Part shown: positions 25,836 through 28,557 of the stretch, in pieces
Position numbering within the stretch: the first letter of the stretch is position 1
Layout of the letters: each line of letters starts with the position of its first letter
NCBI GenBank assembly: GCA_964373175.1
Contig: CAYJTP010000019.1
Span: 1 to 28,557, forward strand
Direction: 5' to 3'
Source of the DNA: an uncultured Planctomycetales bacterium
Lineage (GTDB): Bacteria; Omnitrophota; Gorgyraeia; Aquiviventales; Aquiviventaceae
Length of the DNA stretch: 28,557 bases
The notes under the pieces: model-generated
Told to the model about the DNA's origin: nothing
The model's input: the letters and a program-made list of their open reading frames with translations, nothing else
The model's database searches: none
Program-made: the position numbers and the translations under genes

Positions 25836-26831
25836 TTGGAGCTTACATGGCTGCTGCATTCATTCTTTCTGGAGAAGACGGTGCGATACGCATTCACGCC
25901 TGTAAGGCAATTTGTTCCACGGCAATCTAAAGCAACCTTCGAGATAACCCCGGAATTCTGCTTCGTCTCTTACGATAGCCCATTCTCCGGATCCAGCCTT
26001 CGCGAGATGGTTGCCACTACACATGAAGAATGGCGAGCCGGAAAACAAACCGTAATCGGTGATCTAGAGATGAATGCGCTCGTCCGCCATGCAAATTACG
26101 TCCTGCTTTATCGAGGGGAAGACGAAAGTGACGAGGAGCAGGTGGCAAAACGAGTTAGGTTCTGTCTAGCAGCAGTCCGCTTGCTTGTACCCACTGATTG
26201 CTATGGCAGAGTCGTTTTTCATTTCAAGGAGGGAGAAAATCGCGTCTGGCCAACTTCTACCCCAGAAGAAGCTTTTGTTCTCCCGAAATACGAGAAGGCA
26301 ACTTTCGACGAGGATCTATTACCGAGAGTTTCGGAAATTTTAGTTCCAATGTCTCAAGCCTTTAAGACACGCCCTAATAGGATCACCACAGCATTACGGG
26401 CATTCAACCAAGCTCAGACGGCTTACTTCGATATTGACAAGATAACCCCCTACGCAGTTTGCATGGAGAGTCTGTTCGGAAGAGAAACAGATGAGATTAC
26501 CTTTCGATTGAAAACAAGACTGGCCTGGTTCCTTGAGCCGAAAGATTCTCTAATGCGGAAGGAGATCTTTAATCTAATCGGGAAGCTCTATCGATTTCGC
26601 TCCCGTTTAGTGCATGGCCGATTAGACAGCCTGCCTTTAACTAAGGAAACGGGAAATGCAAGACTGGAATTGATAGACCAAATCGAAAATGCCATCCGTC
26701 GGATGTTTCAGAAGGTGCTCCTTCACGAAGCAACCCGGAATTTGCTGTCGGTCAATGAATCGAAAAACGACAGTGCCTTAATGGAATTTCTGGACAGGCT
26801 TGTTCTTGATCATGATTCCAAAAGTATTTAA
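25836..26831 (+). CDS. hypothetical protein with an R-x4-H (HEPN-like) motif, low GC; possible Abi-type effector
   Basis: The ORF is clearly AT-richer than its neighbours. ...LIGKLYRFRSRLVHGRLD... contains an Rx4H motif at the end of a predicted helix. The start is uncertain: the track TTG at 25836 directly abuts GGAGG, and GTG 25881 with a GGAGA SD is an alternative. Confidence 0.55.
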   Translation: MELTWLLHSFFLEKTVRYAFTPVRQFVPRQSKATFEITPEFCFVSYDSPFSGSSLREMVATTHEEWRAGKQTVIGDLEMNALVRHANYVLLYRGEDESDEEQVAKRVRFCLAAVRLLVPTDCYGRVVFHFKEGENRVWPTSTPEEAFVLPKYEKATFDEDLLPRVSEILVPMSQAFKTRPNRITTALRAFNQAQTAYFDIDKITPYAVCMESLFGRETDEITFRLKTRLAWFLEPKDSLMRKEIFNLIGKLYRFRSRLVHGRLDSLPLTKETGNARLELIDQIENAIRRMFQKVLLHEATRNLLSVNESKNDSALMEFLDRLVLDHDSKSI

Positions 26832-26858
26832 AGCGAGCGGTAAAGTCGCAATCGCGCC

Positions 26859-27620
26859 TCACGCGTCCTGCCAGGCGTCGCATTGTTGGCGGTAGGGACA
26901 ACTCGGGCAGGTGAAATTCGGGTTGGGATAGAACAGGTCGGACTGGATCCCCTTGGCGACGTGGCCCAGGAGCTTGAGGAAGCGGGCGTGGTCGCGCGGG
27001 GCGCGGACGGCCGGAAGGTGAAGCACCTTGGGCGTTTTGGTGCGAACCATCACGTCGAGCCGGAGGCCGGCTTCCGGCCGGCCCTGGGTAAGCCGGTGCG
27101 CGAGGGAGTAGGCCGTCAACTGGAAATCCTGCCTCACCTGCTCCGGCGTCGGGGCCCGCTTGGTGGTCTTGTGGTCAATGATGAGGCCGCGGGAGTCCAC
27201 CAGGTCCACCCGGCCGACAAAGGTGTAAGGGGCGTTCTCGAAGGCCAACTCGAACTTTTCCTCCACCCTCTGCGGCTGGATGTCGGGAGAGACGGTAGAG
27301 TGGTAATGGCCGACGATCCGAACCCCCTCGTCCTTGATCTGGCCCGGCTTCTCCTCCTGGTCGAAGGCCGTCTCCGGCACCTGCATCTTCCAGGCATCGC
27401 TGAAAGCATCGGTGACCTGGGCGAGCGGCAGGTCTTCCCTGCTCTGCACCTTCTGCGTGAAGTTCACCTCCAGCGCCGAATGGACCGCCGAGCCCAACGC
27501 GAGCTCGCTGCTCTTGGGGGTCGGCAGGCGCTGGACATACCGGTAAAAATACTTGAGCGGACAGAGCAGGTAGGTCTTGACCTGGCTGACCGACAGATGC
27601 TCACGCTGCATCGGAATCAC
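26859..27620 (-). CDS. Cas4-like PD-(D/E)xK nuclease with a 4-Cys Fe-S cluster, stand-alone
   Basis: LSVSQVKTYLLCPLKYFYRYV (N-terminal Cys), GRVDLVDSRGLIIDHKTTK (D...D-x-K), CPSCPYRQQC (C-x2-C-x5-C). AAGGAGGTGA SD 7 nt upstream of ATG 27620. Confidence 0.8.
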   Translation of the reverse strand: MIPMQREHLSVSQVKTYLLCPLKYFYRYVQRLPTPKSSELALGSAVHSALEVNFTQKVQSREDLPLAQVTDAFSDAWKMQVPETAFDQEEKPGQIKDEGVRIVGHYHSTVSPDIQPQRVEEKFELAFENAPYTFVGRVDLVDSRGLIIDHKTTKRAPTPEQVRQDFQLTAYSLAHRLTQGRPEAGLRLDVMVRTKTPKVLHLPAVRAPRDHARFLKLLGHVAKGIQSDLFYPNPNFTCPSCPYRQQCDAWQDA

Positions 27621-27631
27621 CTCCTTTGGTT

Positions 27632-27677
27632 AAAAAACGCGGGCAGGCCCCGGCGCTGCAAGCCGGAACCTGCCCGC
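27632..27677 (-). terminator. Rho-independent terminator (minus strand) after the gene ending at 27690
   Basis: On the minus strand: GCGGGCAGG-(21-nt loop)-CCTGCCCGC followed directly by GTTTTTT (a 9-bp GC stem plus T-run). Confidence 0.5.
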
Positions 27678-27689
27678 TGAAAACCACCC

Positions 27690-28412
27690 TCAACCCCGGC
27701 CCGCCAGCAGCTCGTCGATCTTCGAGCTGGCCTCGCCCATGGTGAGGTCCTCCAGACCCTCCAGCGGCGCGCCGGCCTGGCGGGCCAGCTGCCGGATGAG
27801 CCGGAGCTGCTTGTCCGTGGCCGGGAGCGTGGGGTCCTTCGGCGATGGCCTGCGCCCGTTCCCGCCGCCGTTGCCGGGAGCTGCCGGCGCCGCAACCCTG
27901 CCCTGCACCGGCCTGGGGACCGTCACCGGCTCGGGCTCCCACGGCTCCCCGGCAGGCGGGCTGACCTGCCGCTGGACCGCCTCCCTCGCCAAGCGGAACA
28001 GCTCGTCCACCGTGGCGGGGGCCTTCTCCGATGGAACATCCCCCATCGTCTCGAAGGTGACGGAGTAGCTGTCACCGTTGGCCTTGCAGCCGTAATTCGC
28101 CAGTATCCTCATCCTCTTTCCCTCCTCGTAGAGGCCCGGGCCACCATGGCCGCGGGCCGAAGACCGAACTTGCAACGCACGTGCGCCGCGCTCCGGGCTG
28201 AAACGGAAGCTTCCCCCCCGGACAAGCTTGAACAGCCAAAGCCAGCGGGGCCGAACCGCCAGGACCACGAAGGCCCGGAGAACCTCCCAGGAGCCCTCGG
28301 TTTCCTCGGCGATCCGGACGAGATAGCCCCGGCGCTCCAACTGCCGGGCGCAGAGCAACGCGAGAACCTGAGCGCGGGGGGTGTAGCGCTGGACAACCCA
28401 GAAAGGATTCAT
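27690..28412 (-). CDS. hypothetical protein; C-terminal ~140 aa resemble a HicB/UPF0150-like fold plus a HeH/Rho-N-like helix-hairpin DNA-binding motif
   Basis: The 240-aa ORF has an internal strong SD (GGAGGGAAAGAGG) plus ATG at 28110-28112 (MRILANYGCKANGDSYSVTFE...), so the real gene may be 27690-28112. The C-terminus ATDKQLRLIRQLARQAG...LEDLTMGEASSKIDELL looks HeH/SAP-like. Confidence 0.5.
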   Translation of the reverse strand: MNPFWVVQRYTPRAQVLALLCARQLERRGYLVRIAEETEGSWEVLRAFVVLAVRPRWLWLFKLVRGGSFRFSPERGARALQVRSSARGHGGPGLYEEGKRMRILANYGCKANGDSYSVTFETMGDVPSEKAPATVDELFRLAREAVQRQVSPPAGEPWEPEPVTVPRPVQGRVAAPAAPGNGGGNGRRPSPKDPTLPATDKQLRLIRQLARQAGAPLEGLEDLTMGEASSKIDELLAGRG

Positions 28413-28557
28413 GCCGACACCTCTTCCTGGGCGGGAAGGACCGACGCTCCCGCTGACGCGGGACTTTCCTGGACCGGCTGCTGGCGTAGCGAGAAACTGG
28501 AAGGAACCCGCGCCGCAAACCAGCGGCTACGGGCCATGCCGGGGCGACGACCGACGA

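Noticed and set aside
1-28557. CRISPR arrays, tRNA/rRNA genes, IS elements or transposases
   Set aside because: I saw no regularly spaced direct repeats, no tRNA-like cloverleaf candidates in the few intergenic regions, and no transposase- or integrase-like ORFs.

Overview
High-GC bacterial chromosomal segment with Gram-positive/Firmicutes-style regulatory logic and GGAGG-type ribosome-binding sites. Three blocks are visible. (1) Positions ~1-9000: an autoregulated ECF sigma / zf-HC2 anti-sigma operon and what looks like its regulon. Four copies of a GGAACTT-N16-TCTnA promoter on the minus strand drive a flotillin gene, an SPFH/band-7 gene, a SIMPL/TPR-HExxH/DUF350 membrane operon and a small Zn-ribbon plus sigma-region-4-only pair. 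A divergent RCK/TrkA-N channel-like gene sits at 1571-2395. (2) Positions ~9000-24750: a ~15.7 kb gene array, all on the minus strand and tightly packed, with translationally coupled ATGA overlaps. In transcription order: Xis-type HTH, a 1731-aa DEXH helicase (CxxC zinc modules, C-terminal Vsr/DUF559 endonuclease; DrmA/MrfA-like), a 951-aa SNF2 helicase (DrmD-like), a 1346-aa gamma-class N6-adenine MTase (DrmMI/PglX-like), a coiled-coil Zn-ribbon protein, then three PD-(D/E)xK-type nucleases in a lower-GC stretch (314 aa; 150 aa Mrr-cat-like; DUF2779). I read this as a non-canonical DISARM class-1-like defense system: there is no separate DrmB and no PLD DrmC, the nuclease is fused to DrmA, and there are extra nuclease partners. 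(3) Positions ~24890-28557: two more stand-alone Cas4-like (Fe-S, PD-(D/E)xK) nuclease genes bracket a low-GC HEPN-motif gene, followed by a small HicB-like/HeH-like gene. I found no CRISPR array, tRNA, rRNA or transposase. Most long ORFs antisense to the real genes are high-GC artefacts.
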